Positions 38,321 through 49,000 of a stretch of DNA of 64,000 nucleotides are shown here, piece after piece; position 1 is the stretch's first letter, and each line of letters opens with the position of its first letter. Made by a program: the position numbers and the translations under genes. The notes beneath the pieces are model-generated. The model saw nothing but the letters and a program-made list of their open reading frames with translations. It did not search any database and had not been told where the DNA came from. This DNA is from Bradymonadia bacterium (GTDB taxonomy: Bacteria; Myxococcota_A; Bradymonadia; UBA7976; UBA1532). The DNA is taken from contig JBKAGE010000036.1 of NCBI GenBank assembly GCA_046290225.1, forward strand, positions 96,001-160,000, read 5' to 3'.

Positions 38321-39454
38321 TCAGAAGAACAGCCACCGACCTGCTCGGGCCATGATCCAGGCAGCCTCGGCCTCCTCTGCAGGGGCGCCGTGAGCATCCC
38401 GGCCAGTGAGGCCGTCGAGGGACATGTCGGCAGCATGCAGCATGCGACGCAGGTGAGCGCCGGGCAGGCGCAAGCCCGAGGTCGCCTCTGCCGCCGGCCC
38501 CGCACACATCAAGTGCAGCTGGCCCTCGTGACACGTGGCCCGCACCAGTCGCTCCAGAGCGCCCTGAAGACTCAGGGACTGCTCCAACCAGTCAAAAGCG
38601 AAGACGTGATCGAAACGACACGGCAACAGCTCGAGCTCGTCGGGTGAATCTACAGCGTCGACTCCTGGGCGATGCTCTGTGTGGATCGCGTGAACCTCAG
38701 CGTGGGGCAGCAGCACTTTGAGCGCCTCCGCCAATGGACCCACCACGAGCACTTTCTCGCCACAGCCCACATCTCGTGTGGCCGTCCAGGCCCAGTTGAA
38801 CACTGGGGTGGGATCACATGGCAAAGTCCAGAGGTGCTCGAAGAGCGCCCGCGCCTCACCAGGATCACGACCCACGAGGGTGCGGGCAGGGGCCGGAGCC
38901 CGAGTAATGCCCGCCACGACATCGGCGAGATCTTCAGCATTGGCCCCCTCGAGAAACACCACACAGGCGTCCACGAGATCTGGCCGGCCCAGGCGGGCCA
39001 GGGTGGCCAGCAATTGCCTCAGAGACCACCGGGAAGTCGCCGTGGGACGCACGTAGGGCGCCATGGGCAGCGTGCGACGGCTCAGCGCCAACAAGCACTG
39101 GATCCAGCGGAGCGTCGGGGTATCGGCCCCCGTGTCCTCGAGGATGCTCTCCACCGTCTCGTCCATGCCGAGGGCCAGGGCCACGGTGGCCAGCGTGTCC
39201 TCGATGGAGCCCATGGCCTCCTCGCAGGTCCACAGCGGGACCAGCACATCGAGGGCGGCTTTGGCGTCGCCGGCCTGAATCGCCAGACGGGCCCGATTGA
39301 GCGCCACCTCGGTGTCATGGGCGCCATCGGGAAGCAGCGAGAGCACCTGCGCGGCCTCGGCCTGTGATCCCTCTGCCTCGAGGGCCTCGGCCAGGCTGAG
39401 ACCAATGGCTGCCACGTCGACCTCGGCGCGCACCTTGAGCTGTAGACCGTCCAC
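38321..39454 (-). CDS. Hypothetical protein: TPR-like N-terminus plus degenerate SAM-methyltransferase-like C-terminus
   Basis: Helical ALNRARLAIQAGDAKAAL; FDHVFAFDWLEQ...ALERLVRATCHEGQLHL. Confidence 0.55.
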   Translation of the reverse strand: MDGLQLKVRAEVDVAAIGLSLAEALEAEGSQAEAAQVLSLLPDGAHDTEVALNRARLAIQAGDAKAALDVLVPLWTCEEAMGSIEDTLATVALALGMDETVESILEDTGADTPTLRWIQCLLALSRRTLPMAPYVRPTATSRWSLRQLLATLARLGRPDLVDACVVFLEGANAEDLADVVAGITRAPAPARTLVGRDPGEARALFEHLWTLPCDPTPVFNWAWTATRDVGCGEKVLVVGPLAEALKVLLPHAEVHAIHTEHRPGVDAVDSPDELELLPCRFDHVFAFDWLEQSLSLQGALERLVRATCHEGQLHLMCAGPAAEATSGLRLPGAHLRRMLHAADMSLDGLTGRDAHGAPAEEAEAAWIMARAGRWLFF

Positions 39455-39684
39455 CCTGAATCCTCCTCAGCCCTCTCCAGGGCCCGTTCAATGCGTCGTC
39501 CCCGACGACCGCCTGCTCAGGGGTGCTCTCGCAAAGGTCGGGCCAAGTCGATTTGGCTCAAGATTTACGCCGCTATGGGCGACAGAGGTGCAGTTCAGCG
39601 TCGAACCGTTGACGATCACTGCCAGAAGGGTGGCGTCGGCCAAGGGGACTCGCCTATCGTCTGCGGTGTGGATCACTTGGAGGA

Positions 39685-42075
39685 TTGATGATCACCCTCA
39701 CCCGCCGACGCATGTACAGCCCCATCATGATGTGCATGTCGTGGATGTTGATCGCCTGCAACCCCATCGAAGAGAACGAGGCCCGGCCCCAGCAGCTGGG
39801 TGAAGAGTGCGGCAGCACCGAGGCCTGTGCTGGCGGCCTGGTCTGCAGCGCCCGCAGCATCTGTGTCGCCTTTGGTGATCCGGGCAGCGCCGGACCAGGG
39901 GAAGCCTGTCAGGGCTCTTCTGATTGCCAGATCGACCTGTTCTGCAGCGGCCTCGGTCGGTGCAGCCCCGTACGCTCCGGCATCCAGGGAGACACGTGCT
40001 TTGGCGAAGATGCCTGCCGGGCTGACCTGATCTGCAATCACGAATCAATCTGCGCCACCCCCGGCGACGAGGGCACGACCCCGGCGAGCGGAGACTGCGA
40101 CGCAGACGCTGACTGTGCCTATGGGCTCGTCTGTGGCGTCGACGCTCAGTGTGTGCCCATCCCCATCACCCCTGGGGTGGTGTGCCCGGAGTCTGATCCC
40201 ACCGAGGCGCCCCAGATGCGCTTCGAGGTACCCCGCATCCAAGATGCACAGGGGCCCTTCTTCGCGCTCCCCTTCCCCAACGATGTGCGGCAGCGCGATG
40301 GGCAGCTCGACCTGTGGGGCTACCCCTCACCGGAAGGCGCCACCCTCATCACCCCCTATGCAGATGCAGTGACCTTCGAGGGCAATGGCTTCGGCCTCAA
40401 CCCCGCGGTCATTCTACGGTTCAACACCAACATCGACTTCTCCACGCTGACCTTCGGCGGCGATGACGCCACTCTGGTCTTTGTCGATGTCACCCCCGAT
40501 GCGCCCTCGAAGGGGCGCCGACCTCGGGCCCGGTTCTTCGCCACCACCAGCCGCACTCGATACATCTGCGCGAACTGGCTGGCGATTCGGCCCAGCGAGG
40601 GCTCCCCTCTCGAGGCCGACCGAACCTACGCGGTCTATCTGCTCGCCGGCCTGACGGCCACCGACGGCCGACCGCTCGTGCCTTCCGCTGATCTCACGGC
40701 AGTGCTCGGGGAGCGGCGCCCGGTGGAGCCGGCGCTCGCTGCAGCCTGGAGCCAGTATACGCCTCTGCGCAACTGGCTGACTGAAGAGGGTGTCTCCGCA
40801 GATCGTGTGATCGGGGCTACGGTCTTCACCACAGGTGATCCCACTCAACCTGTCGTGAACTTACCCACCACCACCAACGCCGTGGCGGCACCACAACTGT
40901 CCGACATCACCGAGTGCGACGCCGGCGCCACCTCGCCCTGTGAGGGGGGCGGTGCCCGCACCTGTGGCGAAGCCAATCCGCTGTTCAGGGAGATCCACGG
41001 TCGCGTCAATGTGCCTGACCTGCTACAGGGCAACCCGCCCTATCTCAATGGCGGCAGCGCCATCTTCAACGACGACGGCACCATCAGAGTGCAGGGCAAT
41101 GAAGAGGTCTGCGTCGGGCTCTCGGTGCCTCAAGGCACTCCCCCTGCTGGGGGTTGGCCTACAGTGCTCTACGCCCACGGTACGGGTGGCAGCTTCCGCG
41201 AGTTCGTCACCAACGGCTTTGCCGCCCGCATGGCGCAGCTCGGCTACGCCGTCGTGAGCTATGACGGTGTGCTGCACGGCCCGCGCCGTGGGGCAGATCC
41301 TGATCCAGATGTGCCTCTCGCTCGACGTCTGATGCCTCTCGATCGGCCCTACACGCTGAGAGATCTCCGGATCCAGGGGGCCGCTGATCTGCATCACGTG
41401 GCCCGCCTCGTCGATGCACCCATCAACGCCCCTGGTGGGGCGGTGTCGCTCGACCCCAATCACCTGACCTTCTTCGGTGACGGCCTCGGTGGTGAGGTGG
41501 GCGCGCTGTTCCTCTCAGCCACCGATCGCATCCGCGCTGCAGTGCTCAACGCCACAGGGGGGCAGGTGTTGCAGGTTCTGCTCGCGCGGCAGGACGAGTC
41601 TCGCCTTCGGGCTCAGCTGCAGCTGTCTTTCGCAGATGACGAGCTCAACGGCATGCACCCGGGGATCAACCTCATCCAGGCTCACCTCGACGGCGTCGAT
41701 CCGGTGAACATCGGCCCGCAGCTGACGTTCCAGCGCGGTCGTGAGCGCCCCATGCACCTGTTCGTGCTGTACGGTGCCGAAGACGTCAGCACCCCCGCGG
41801 CCTCGATTCACAGCCTGGCCATCTCTGCTCGCCTGCCCCTGCTCGCGCCGATCTTCAACCCGCTCGACGCCGTAGATGAAGCAGGCAGCACATCAGTGCG
41901 GGGCAACTTCACCGTGGGTGGCAATGGTGTCACTCGAGGCTTGAAGCAGTATGGCGTCGACGACAGTGATCCAGCACAGGTGGCCTTCGAGGCCCAAGAG
42001 GCCATCGAAGACGTCGACCGGTTCCTCAATACGCTGCTCAGCGATCCAGAGGGCGTGCCCACCATCGGGCAATGA
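39685..42075 (+). CDS. Lipoprotein with Cys-rich repeats and a Pla-1/lipase-like alpha/beta hydrolase fold (catalytic Ser absent)
   Basis: Lipobox LIAC, CxxxxxC repeats, FFALPFPND, VLYAHGTGGS, elbow GDGLGG, DPVN. Confidence 0.75.
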   Translation: MMITLTRRRMYSPIMMCMSWMLIACNPIEENEARPQQLGEECGSTEACAGGLVCSARSICVAFGDPGSAGPGEACQGSSDCQIDLFCSGLGRCSPVRSGIQGDTCFGEDACRADLICNHESICATPGDEGTTPASGDCDADADCAYGLVCGVDAQCVPIPITPGVVCPESDPTEAPQMRFEVPRIQDAQGPFFALPFPNDVRQRDGQLDLWGYPSPEGATLITPYADAVTFEGNGFGLNPAVILRFNTNIDFSTLTFGGDDATLVFVDVTPDAPSKGRRPRARFFATTSRTRYICANWLAIRPSEGSPLEADRTYAVYLLAGLTATDGRPLVPSADLTAVLGERRPVEPALAAAWSQYTPLRNWLTEEGVSADRVIGATVFTTGDPTQPVVNLPTTTNAVAAPQLSDITECDAGATSPCEGGGARTCGEANPLFREIHGRVNVPDLLQGNPPYLNGGSAIFNDDGTIRVQGNEEVCVGLSVPQGTPPAGGWPTVLYAHGTGGSFREFVTNGFAARMAQLGYAVVSYDGVLHGPRRGADPDPDVPLARRLMPLDRPYTLRDLRIQGAADLHHVARLVDAPINAPGGAVSLDPNHLTFFGDGLGGEVGALFLSATDRIRAAVLNATGGQVLQVLLARQDESRLRAQLQLSFADDELNGMHPGINLIQAHLDGVDPVNIGPQLTFQRGRERPMHLFVLYGAEDVSTPAASIHSLAISARLPLLAPIFNPLDAVDEAGSTSVRGNFTVGGNGVTRGLKQYGVDDSDPAQVAFEAQEAIEDVDRFLNTLLSDPEGVPTIGQ

Positions 42076-42091
42076 ACAAGCCCCCCTGATC

Positions 42092-43711
42092 TCAGCTCTC
42101 GGGCCCTCCGGCGCCTCGAGGCACCGCCAACATCACAGTTTGAATGCCCAGCGGATCAGTGTGCTGCTCGTCGACCACGAGGCCCGCCCGGTCGATGAGC
42201 GCTGCCAGGGCTGATGCGCTTCGGGGGCGGGTGTGCCACCCGAGGGTGCGACGCATGCGGGGCAGGCCTTCGTGATCTTCGGTGGTGGTGACCAGCACCG
42301 CGCCACCTGTGGCGAGCCGCCCTCGAAGGTGTGCCAGATGGTGCACGACAGTCTCGTCGTCGAGGTACTCCAGCAACCCCACATAGAGCACCAGGTCGAA
42401 GGGGCCTGCGGGGGCGGTCTCCACCGTGGCGTTGATCACCTCAGCCTCTGGAGCCGCAGCCTGAGCGAGGGCCCTTGCAGAGGTGTCAGGATCGATCAGC
42501 ACGAGATGCTCGGCGCCCAGGGCTGCGGCGTCCCTGCCGCCACCAGCGGGCACGGAGAGCACTGCTCGAGGGGCGCGGCGTCGGCCTCGCTGCACCACGG
42601 TCCACCACCGATGGCGCACTGCCCTGGCGCCCGGAGAAGCGAGGATCGCACGATCGAGGGCGGCCCCACGCCAACCTTCCCCACAGGGTGTGTTGGCATA
42701 GATCGCCTCCATCACCACTGCAGATCCACCCAACCGCCGGGCAAGGAAAGGCACACCGGCTCGATCCAACCACCGTCGGGGTTCGATCTCCCCCTGCCCT
42801 CCGGTGAGCGTGGGCGCTGGACGCGCCGGCAGCGAAGGCAAAGAGGGCGCCGACGACATGGGAGCTCTCAGGGTCCCCAGAGCCAGGGCGGGCTCGAGCA
42901 CCCACCCCAAAAGACTCAGAGACACGCCGAAGCCGTCTCTGAGGGCGCTGCTGAGACGAGCACACGTCCCCAGCCCGAGGGCGAGAGCCACTGTGGGCCA
43001 GGTCTCAGGGTTCACCAGTGGGATCAGCGTGCTGAGAATGAGCGTGGGCGGCACCGCGCCCATCAACCCCCAGATGATGCGATCGTGTGCCAGGAGATCT
43101 GAGAGGCCAGCGCGGTGAGCAGCCCAGGACATTGCCGGGGCCCACACAACTGGTGCCCCAGGCACCCCTGACTCGCTCAGCCCCTCTGGCCTGCGCAAAT
43201 CCACGGCCAGCACATGGGCCTTTCTGGCGCGGGCCACCCGAAGGCCTGGGGCATCGCCTACGCCGGGGAGGGCGAGATCATCCCGTCGCATCCAGACACA
43301 TCGATCATCTGCAAAGCCGGCAGAGTGGGTGATGTCATTCACCTTCGCCCCCCCTGCGAAATCTCGGCGCAGGCGCTCGACGGCCAACCCCATCGGGCCA
43401 CCCTGTGGTCGGGGCATCACCGAGACGAAGGCGCCACCGCATGCAGCCAGTCGCCGTGGCAGGTCGGCGCTCACCTGTACTTCGGCCCCGAGCATCAAGA
43501 CCCAGCGAGGGCCGTCGGTGGGGGGATCAAGGCCAGTGTGCACCCGCTCTGGGGGTGGATCGAGGGTGGGTGCTTCGCCGCCGTGGGGCAGCCAGAGCTG
43601 ATATTTGGGCACATGACGGCCAGGCATGGGCAATGGGGCCATCTGGGGCCGTGCCGTCGCCAGCAAGGCCAGAGCCCACACCACCACCATGCACCACGCC
43701 ATCGCGATCAA
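42092..43711 (-). CDS. Degenerate GT2-like membrane domain fused to a class I methyltransferase (YnbC/Methyltransf_20-like)
   Basis: Similarity to the GT2 at 50071; C-terminus VLSVPAGGGRD...FDLVLYVGLLEYLDD. Confidence 0.65.
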   Translation of the reverse strand: MIAMAWCMVVVWALALLATARPQMAPLPMPGRHVPKYQLWLPHGGEAPTLDPPPERVHTGLDPPTDGPRWVLMLGAEVQVSADLPRRLAACGGAFVSVMPRPQGGPMGLAVERLRRDFAGGAKVNDITHSAGFADDRCVWMRRDDLALPGVGDAPGLRVARARKAHVLAVDLRRPEGLSESGVPGAPVVWAPAMSWAAHRAGLSDLLAHDRIIWGLMGAVPPTLILSTLIPLVNPETWPTVALALGLGTCARLSSALRDGFGVSLSLLGWVLEPALALGTLRAPMSSAPSLPSLPARPAPTLTGGQGEIEPRRWLDRAGVPFLARRLGGSAVVMEAIYANTPCGEGWRGAALDRAILASPGARAVRHRWWTVVQRGRRRAPRAVLSVPAGGGRDAAALGAEHLVLIDPDTSARALAQAAAPEAEVINATVETAPAGPFDLVLYVGLLEYLDDETVVHHLAHLRGRLATGGAVLVTTTEDHEGLPRMRRTLGWHTRPRSASALAALIDRAGLVVDEQHTDPLGIQTVMLAVPRGAGGPES

Positions 43712-43744
43712 AAGTTTCCCTCAGCCTTCCACGCGCTCGGCGGT

Positions 43745-44797
43745 ATGCTCCCCGACATGGATACCCCCACCTCCGACATGCCTCCTTCTGACATGGTCTG
43801 CCCCACCCCGCAAGAGAGCCCACCCTGCCCCGTGTGTGGCAACGAGACCTTTACCCCGGTCTTCCAGGGCGCCCGGGACTACATCTGGCGAAAACCTGGC
43901 CGATTCACCCTTGCGCGGTGCACCCGCTGCACATTGGTGATCACCCGGCCACGGCCCACACCAGAGGGCATCGGGTTCTACTACGAGAACGCATACTCTG
44001 GAGAGGCCCAGGCGGGCATGAAGCGCTTTCAGACCGAGAGCGCCATCGGCAAGCTCATCGCCCGCTACCGCCTGAGGGTCATCCACAAGGTGCGCAGCCT
44101 CACCGCCCAGGACAGAGTGCTCGATGTGGGCTGTAGCTATGGCGGGTTCCTCAGAGTGGCCCGTGAAGTGACCGGGTGTGAGACCAGCGGCATCGATCTC
44201 GATGCGGACAGCATCAAAGACGCCGTGGATACCGATCAGACTGACTACAAGATTGGTCGGCTCGAAGAGGTTGGCTATCCCGATGAGCGTTTCAGCGTCA
44301 TCACGTTTTTTCAGTCTCTCGAGCACACCCACCAGCCCGTAGACGCCCTCGCAGCCGCCCGCAAGGCCCTCGAGCCCGGTGGTCTGTGCGTCGTCGAGGT
44401 GCCCGACTTCAACGGTGTGTGGCGCCGGGTGTTCCGGACCGCTTGGTTGCCACTCTTGATCCCCCAGCACCTGTCTCACTTCACGCCCAAGAGCCTCCGA
44501 GCAGCCTTCGAGGCAGCGGGTTTCACCGCGATCAAGCACCGCCAGAGCATGTTCTACCCCTTCGAGGGGGTGGCCAGCCTGGGCATCTGGCTCGGCCGGG
44601 TGCTCAAGTCACCGCCGCCGGGCTCGCCACCCTCCTGGCGTACGCCCTTCGACCTGCTGATTCTTCTGATCTTGATGGTGCTCTATGTGGTGGTGGAGAT
44701 CCCCAGTCAGGCCATCATGCAGTTGCTGGGTGTCACCGGGCATCAGATCATGATTGCTCAGAAGCCGCCGGCTGACTCTTCGGCGCCTGAAGCGTGA
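43745..44797 (+). CDS. Class I SAM-dependent methyltransferase with N-terminal Zn-ribbon
   Basis: CPVC...CTRC, VLDVGCSYGGFL, SLEH, PQHLSHFTPKSL. Confidence 0.88.
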   Translation: MLPDMDTPTSDMPPSDMVCPTPQESPPCPVCGNETFTPVFQGARDYIWRKPGRFTLARCTRCTLVITRPRPTPEGIGFYYENAYSGEAQAGMKRFQTESAIGKLIARYRLRVIHKVRSLTAQDRVLDVGCSYGGFLRVAREVTGCETSGIDLDADSIKDAVDTDQTDYKIGRLEEVGYPDERFSVITFFQSLEHTHQPVDALAAARKALEPGGLCVVEVPDFNGVWRRVFRTAWLPLLIPQHLSHFTPKSLRAAFEAAGFTAIKHRQSMFYPFEGVASLGIWLGRVLKSPPPGSPPSWRTPFDLLILLILMVLYVVVEIPSQAIMQLLGVTGHQIMIAQKPPADSSAPEA

Positions 44798-45968
44798 GAG
44801 GCTCGAGGATCCGACCGGCGACCTTCAAGGGTCCCTGGTCCTGAAGATCAGGAGGCAGCTTCGCCAGCACCTGAGATGGATCCCGGATCAAGAAGTAGTC
44901 ATTGGGCACCATACGCCCGCTGGCCATCCAGAAGCCGGTGCCGATGCGACACCGATGCCCGAAGGCCCCACCGAGGACCCGCTGCCCACTGGAGTGCAGC
45001 GCGCCGTCCAAGGGGACGCGGATGTCCCCCTCGAAGTTGAGATCCATGGTGAAAGCCCCACCAGTGGTGACCACCTGCCGGCCCAACACACAGAGCTGCA
45101 TGAGGTACTGACTGGCCACCGCCTCGGGATAGAGCACACATGACTTGAGCACAGTCTGCTGGGTGACGATGCACCGCTCTCCGAGGACCGACAGCTCTAC
45201 CTGGGCCCCCGCCATGAGGGTGCTCCCGGCGCCGATGGTGCTCGCCCGCACAAAGCAGTGGGGGCCGATGGAGGCCCCGTCGCCAATCTTGCACCCCTCC
45301 ACCACCGCGGTGTGGTGAATGTCGCAGCCCCGGCCGATGACGTTCATCTTGCCGAGCACCTTCCACTTGTTCACCGAGAGCGATCGCACCGCCGCCCACA
45401 GCCCCCGGACCACCCACTTCCACATGGGCGTGGCCAGGGCTTCCCAGCCCCCCATCAGCTGGTTGGCCCACAAGATGTGCACCCAGTGATGCAGGGTCAT
45501 CACCGGGTGCTTGGGGATCCCCATCTTCATCTCGCTGATGCCGATGTAGTACTCCGGCGTGGGCATCGAGATGATCTTCTCTTCGGGATCAAAGAGCACG
45601 TCGGCACACTCACCCTCAGAGTACAGGCAGCGGATCTTCTCGAAGCGCCAGCCCGCGTCCACAGGGATCACGTGCGGCTGCACCGGCACGGTCTGATCGC
45701 CGAAGACCGACGACTTCAGCACCAGCACCCCGTTCTTGCCTGCACACCCCTCGATGAAGCGCCGGATCCCGGAGCTGGTGATCAACACCGTGTCGGGGAC
45801 CACCAGACACGGCGGCTTCGGAGACTCCACGACGGTGAGCCCCGCCTCCCGGAAAGCCCGGGCCTGCCACTCATAGAGTTCGGTCCCCTGTATCGGAGAT
45901 GCACCTGGGGGGTCGAGGAAAGGCTCGATCAGACGCCCGGAGGGCTCGATGAAGACGTTCATGGGCAT
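44748..45968 (-). CDS. Left-handed beta-helix (hexapeptide) transferase-like protein
   Basis: VIGRGCDIHHTAVVEGCKIGDGASIGPHCFVRASTIGAGS repeats. Confidence 0.75.
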   Translation of the reverse strand: MPMNVFIEPSGRLIEPFLDPPGASPIQGTELYEWQARAFREAGLTVVESPKPPCLVVPDTVLITSSGIRRFIEGCAGKNGVLVLKSSVFGDQTVPVQPHVIPVDAGWRFEKIRCLYSEGECADVLFDPEEKIISMPTPEYYIGISEMKMGIPKHPVMTLHHWVHILWANQLMGGWEALATPMWKWVVRGLWAAVRSLSVNKWKVLGKMNVIGRGCDIHHTAVVEGCKIGDGASIGPHCFVRASTIGAGSTLMAGAQVELSVLGERCIVTQQTVLKSCVLYPEAVASQYLMQLCVLGRQVVTTGGAFTMDLNFEGDIRVPLDGALHSSGQRVLGGAFGHRCRIGTGFWMASGRMVPNDYFLIRDPSQVLAKLPPDLQDQGPLKVAGRILEPLTLQAPKSQPAASEQS

Positions 45969-46025
45969 GTTCGTGTGTGAGGGTGGGGCTGCTCGGAGGC
46001 GGCATGAGATACCGCCAGGGCGGGT

Positions 46026-49000
46026 TTACTCTGCGGGCAGCTCGGTGACGGACAGCTCGAAGTTGCCGAAGCGGGGGGCGTCCTCGCCACCAGGGCCGGC
46101 CCGCAGCTCGACATCAGTGAGGACCGCGTTCACCACCGGCCCTGGGGCCTCGACATAGCTCAGGGCCACGTACATGGTCAGGGGCAGCTTCATGCCATTC
46201 GCCGTGATGGTCACGTTGTCGCGGTCGATGCCGTAGTCCACCTGGCCGACCTGCTCGGGATCCGAGGGCACCAGCATGTGGAGCACAGGCGGATCAGAGC
46301 GGGGCTGGGCGTTGCCGTTGGCGATGGGGCCGTCGGCGGTGCGCATGTAAGCGAGATCACGACCGTTGAACTCCGCGGTGAGCTGAGCGGACTGGGTGCT
46401 GCCGTCAGAGCCCAGGTTGCCCGTGAGCACGAAGTCCACCAGGCGCTCGTCGAACTCCACGGTGGGCTCGAGGCGGATGCGCCACACGTTCGGGTGGGGC
46501 TGGCTCGAGTCGATGGTGAAGCCGTAGCCACCCGCCTGGGCATTGCGCTGACCGAGGCTTACGTCGAGCTGGCCGCTCGCGGCGCCGTTGTGGGTGATGG
46601 TGATGCGGCCGTAGCCGTCGAAGGCGTCGTTGCCGCCGTCACTCCAGCCAGCGGCTTGAATGTCGTTCCGGGCCTGGAAGTTCCGGGGATCAGCGGGCAT
46701 CACGATGTTGCCGCCAGCGCTCACCCACTGCTCAGGACCACCGCCATCGATGAAGATGAAGTACTCACCGGGCTCGGCGTCGGGGAGCAGGAGCGTGGGC
46801 TCGGGGTTGGCGAAGTTGCCCGCGCAGGCCACCATGGCCCCAGGCTCCTCGCAGTCGGTGCTCACCGAGATCACCGGCGCATAGTCGGTGCCCTCGTTCG
46901 CGGCGCTGATGCGCAGGGTGGCGGCTTCCTCGAGCACGTAGCGGTACACCGCCTCCGGCGCCTGACGGCCACCACAGCGGTTGTTGTAGCGATCAGGATC
47001 CCCCTCAACGGTGGCGCCCATCACGGTGCCGTTCACCGGGATCAGCGGCGTGTCGACCTCGGGGCGGCACGACTGATCTTCTGAGAGATCACCTGCAGCC
47101 TGGCAGCCCGGATCGTCGGGCCAGTCCGTGAGCAGATCTTCGTCGTCGTCGATCTCGTTGCCGCAGACCGGCAGCACATCGGGATCAGTCTCGTCGTCGT
47201 CTTCATTGTCTTCGCAGCCGAAGTCACGCAAGTCGATGAGACCGTCGAAGTCGTTGTCTACGCCATCGGCACATCGGACCGGCAGCACGCCTTCGTTCTC
47301 CTCGCTGGTGTCGGCGGCGTAGCGACAGCCCGGATCATCAGGGAAGTCGGGGCGGCCATCGCCGTCGTCGTCGTTGCCATTGCCACAGGCAGGGGCGAAG
47401 CGGGGGTCTTCCTCGTCCGGATCAGCCGCCCAGCGGCAGCCGGGATCCAAGGGGAAGTCGGTGATGCCGTCTTCGTCGTTGTCCTCGCCGTCGCTGCACA
47501 CGGGCAGCTCACCCTCGGGGGGATCAGTCTCGTCATCGTCACCGGCGGCGGTGCAACCGGGATCGAAGGGGAAATCGGCGATGCCGTCTCGGTCATCATC
47601 GAGCTCGTTGGCGCAGGCAGGCAGCAGCTCAGGATCAGCCTCGCCGCGATCACCCGCAGCGTAGCAGCCGGGATCGAAGGGGTAGTCAGTGAGGCCGTCC
47701 TGATCGTCGTCGAGGCGGTTGGCGCACTGAGGCGTGGGCCGGGGATCATCCTCGATGGTGTCGGAGCGACTGCTGCACCCTGCGTCGTCGGGGAAGTCGG
47801 TCACGCCATCTTCGTCGTTGTCGATGCCGTCACTGCACTGGGAGACCTCTTCGGGATCAGTCTCGTCGTCATCACCGACCGCCACACAGCCCGGGTCGAA
47901 GGGGAAGTCCGCATACCCGTCGCCGTCGTCGTCGCGGCCGTTGTCGCAGGCGGTGATGATGGCGGGCACCGGATCGCGCTCGTCTTCGTCCACCAGCGAC
48001 TCACAGCCGGGATCCTCACCGTCGATGAGGGCGTCGCCGTCATCGTCGAAGCCGTTGGCGCACCCTGCGGGCAGGCGCTCCGCCTCCACTGTGAGCTTGA
48101 AGGGGGCGCCGTCGCCGAAGCGGGAGTCCACGAAGATGAAGTAGCCACCCACCGTGGCCGAGTCGATGGTGACCTCGGCCCGAGCGATGTTGCCCTCTTC
48201 GTCTTCAGCCCCCTCACTGCAGGCGAGCTCCGAGGCCACCCGGTCGCACTCGCTGCGCACGTAGAGGATGGTGTTGGCCTCGGTCTCGGGGTGATCCGTG
48301 CTGAAGGTCAGCCGGGCGCTGTAGGGGTTGTAGTAGTAGTAGACCAGCTCAGGCTGGTTGGCCCCGCCACAGGATCCGCGGGCGTTGCTGGCGCCGTCGC
48401 CGAGGTTGCCCTGAATGCTGCCCGGATCCAGGAAGATCTCCTGGAAGCGCACGCCGGCACCGCAAATGTCGTCCTCCGAGACGTCAGCGGCGGAGACACA
48501 GCCGGGATCGAGGGGGAAGTCAGCGACGCCGTCGCCGTCGTTGTCGAGACCATCGCTGCAGATGGGGAACTCGCCCTCGTCGAACTCGTCCCGATCATCG
48601 GGGCGCTCACACCCGGGATCTTCCGGATAGTCGATGTTGCCATCACCGTCGTCGTCGATGCCGTTCAGACACTGGGCGAGGGGCACCTCCTCTACGAGGA
48701 TCTCCACATCGCCCCCACGGCCGTCCACCCCATCGAGGAAGATGTAGTACTCGCCGCGATCGAGGTTGTTCAGCGTGATGGTCTGACCAAAGGACTCCTG
48801 GTCGACAGCCTCACGACTGCACACCACCTCCGCAGCGCCGTCGAGGCAGTCGAGCCTGCGCACGTAGACGGTCGTGGGCACCACCGTGCCAGGGTTTGCA
48901 GTGGAGATGCGCAGCGACTCGACATCGCGCTCGAGGCGGTAGAACACCACCACCTCGGGGCTGCCCTGGCCGCCGCAGCTGCCTGCGGTGCCAAAGACGC

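Noticed and set aside
44748..44797. 50-bp convergent overlap of the methyltransferase and hexapeptide genes
   Set aside because: Short tail-to-tail overlaps are common; no further signal
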